Below are positions 61,522-64,000 of a stretch of DNA of 64,000 bases, piece by piece. The notes under the pieces are model-generated. The model had not been told where the DNA came from. It did not search any database and worked only from the letters and a program-made list of their open reading frames with translations. Each line of letters starts with the position of its first letter. Within the stretch, counting starts at the first letter, position 1. The stretch comes from Octopus sinensis (lineage: Eukaryota). The stretch lies in assembly GCF_006345805.1 (NCBI RefSeq), contig NC_043002.1:40238001-40302000 (forward strand). Reading direction: 5' to 3'. The translations under genes and the position numbers were made by a program.

Positions 61522-63206
61522 ATGTATAAAAGTTTTTGTTTCAATTCTAACACTTAAAACATTAATCAATAGAGCATTCTTCATAGTGTTACTCTACATG
61601 AACTAATGTTCTTTGTGATATCAGTTTTGAAAGGCATCTGAAATTTCATTTTTTTTTGGGGGGGGGGGGATTTTGGAGCATGGCTAGTTACTAAATAATG
61701 ATCAAATACATAATTAATTAGAAAACTCCTCCAAAATTCCACTTTCATTTGCTTGACCATTCAGATGTCTTTCATGTGATTTCACATCTGCTACTGTAAA
61801 TCAGATCCAATATTTAGGTTGGAGTTGTTGCCATGGTAGGCACCTGAAAACATAGCTGGAAATAATGAAAGTAGATTTCAGCCTGCTTGCTAGTCAATAG
61901 GTCCAAAGATCTAGTCTTTGTAGGTGACATGTGACCTAGTTCCAACTCAAATATGATCTACTCTAACCAAAGAAACCAATGAGTGGAGCCTTTTGAGGTA
62001 TTTTATAATAGCAGAACCACGTAACTATACAAGGGAAATATTATTGCCAGTATAATTACTTGGAGATGATTATAATCTAGATCATTACCCATATAATTAA
62101 AAGCTTTACCACGTAGATAAAAGTTTGTATACTAAGGTTGAGAAATTTGTCCTATTTTTAAGAAGTTACATCATTTTTCATCAGTGTAACTAATTTATTA
62201 AAAAAACAGTAATAGGAAGATAATGCTTATTGAAGCTGCATTTATAAATTAGTTTCTAATCCATTGGTATGCAATGAGCTAATATATATTCAAGATAAGA
62301 TAAACAACAAAGACTAATTGCTAAATGACAGGAAAGAAAATAAAAAGCAGAGCTTGCAATTAACTTCATACTTTGTGTGTGTATGTGTGTATAACATAAG
62401 TTTCAATCACTTAACTATGTCTAACATACTAGCACCACTTGGAGTAGTTTTTTTAAGTCAAGATCTTGGATCCCACAGTACACTTGAGCAGGGAGTAGTT
62501 AACTGGAATGTATTCAAGTGTTGGTTTGTCCAGCTACCATTTGAATGTTATAAGGTCCTCAGCACCCCCCTTGATTTCTTTTAGAATAATGTTGAATAAA
62601 GCAGGAAGAATTGAAATAAAAACTTATGTGATGTGAACTTGAATGTCAAAAATGATGACAAAACATCATAGCAAACACACATAACAATGGTATTCTTAAT
62701 GACATCAGAAATTTTTATATATTTGCTAATAGTTTAAATGACTCATAGTAGCAAATGTAGTAAGTGTTAGGAATTGAATAAATGATGGCAAATTTAATGA
62801 AAGGGAAAGTAACCATGCGTGTAAATCTTCCAGTTGTTGGTAAAGCATGGCCCAGCTTTTCTTATTCCCCCACAGGTACAGAAGCTGTTAGATTGTAATG
62901 GACCAACAATTAAGCAGCTTTATTACTAAAAACATTCCACCTCATCCTGCAGGTTCCAAAATTTTAGGGCAACAACTAAAAATATAAAATGAAAAGCAGG
63001 TCTGCTGAGATTGTGGAGATGCTGAAGTAGATGTGTGCAAGAAAGGATCCTCAACTAAACTCCTCACAGACAAGAAACAGCAGTAAGTACAAATCTTTCT
63101 GAATGTTTAACAGTAACAACAGAGTTGGGGTAGACATACTTAGCTGAAAGTCAGACAAGGAAATTGAGGTAGTTAGGGTGTAGGATAGGATAATTTCAGG
63201 CTAATT

Positions 63207-64000
63207 ACTAGGTTGAGTTAAAAGTTCTTTTCAAATTTTTACAGATAATTTCTGGCAACTCGTATCTCTATGTCATATCATTAATTTGAAATTGTTTATT
63301 CTTTATTTTACAACTTTGATAATGAGTAGTGAAAAAATGCAATTAGAACCTTTTTATCCTACTTGCGGAAAAAAGAACTGAGTACAAGAGCAGTGACAAG
63401 AAATTAATGATGTGGAAGGCCCAGGAACTGTAGTGAATGTTTGGCACAAAACTAGTTCAGATGCTTCAAGGAAAGTGACCCATGCCTTGAAGATAAACCA
63501 AAGTCAGAGAGACCTTCTGTTGTGGAAGGAGAGGCTTGGTTTGAAATAGTTAACAGCCAAGCATGAGCACTTGTACACTGTCAGCAAAATTTCAAAGGGG
63601 TGTTGCACTTTGAGCATGTCCCAGATAGTCATGCTGTGAATACTAACCATTATGCTCAACATTTGCAGTGAGTATCTGATGCTCTGAAAGCCTGCTACTG
63701 TCATTGGTCAATTGATGATGTGCAATTCTACAGTATGATGATGTTCCAGCACACACTGCCAATGTGACCAAGCACAAGGTTGAGGAATTTGAGGGCTGAA
63801 AGTGGTCCAGACTTTGCACCATCAGATTACCACCTTTTCTAAGCTATGGCTTATATTCTGCATTGACAGAAGTTCAACAAGGTCAAAGTTGAAAACATGT
63901 GAGGAGAGTGTTTTGCCTCTAAGCTAGCTAAATGGTATAAGCGTGGAATTAAACTTCTGACAAAATGATAGCAACAGGCAACAAAATTTGATGGGATTAT
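63207..64000 (+). mobile_element. Degenerate mariner element running off the window
   Basis: Left TIR ACTAGGTTGAGTTAAAAGTT; the YSPDLAPSDYHLF motif is recognisable at ~63806-63840; many stops and deletions. Confidence 0.8.

Noticed and set aside
54300-64000. Upstream Rab7 exons (GDSGVGKT, KATIGADF)
   Set aside because: Looked for on the minus strand but not found; they probably lie beyond the window

Overview
AT-rich, repeat-dense animal genomic DNA. The SINE/LINE repertoire and abundant (TA)n/(CATA)n microsatellites suggest an octopod cephalopod (Octopus-like); this is inference. Two host genes are well supported. One is a single-exon COA4/CHCHD8 CDS (10647-10871, +). The other is the last two coding exons plus 3'UTR of Rab7 (54287-54069 and 53192-52974, -), whose 5' exons lie beyond the window. 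A CpG-rich stretch at ~10230-11950 carries outward-facing splice donors that hint at a divergent promoter. Most of the rest is transposon-derived: young and old RTE LINEs (with a PHD-type finger after the RT), CR1/L2 LINEs, at least three tRNA-derived SINE families, mariner/maT DNA transposons, MITEs and fold-backs, an R4/Dong-like endonuclease remnant in a (TATG)n tract, and a tRNA-iMet pseudogene. The most notable observation is a 536-bp tandem array (27426-28882) in which each unit carries a minimal type I hammerhead ribozyme on the - strand, ending in an inverted fold-back (retrozyme/Penelope pseudo-LTR architecture). A second, unrelated hammerhead lies at 57884-57952. No prokaryotic features, rRNA genes or CRISPR arrays were found. 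All calls are by eye; no database search or folding was run.
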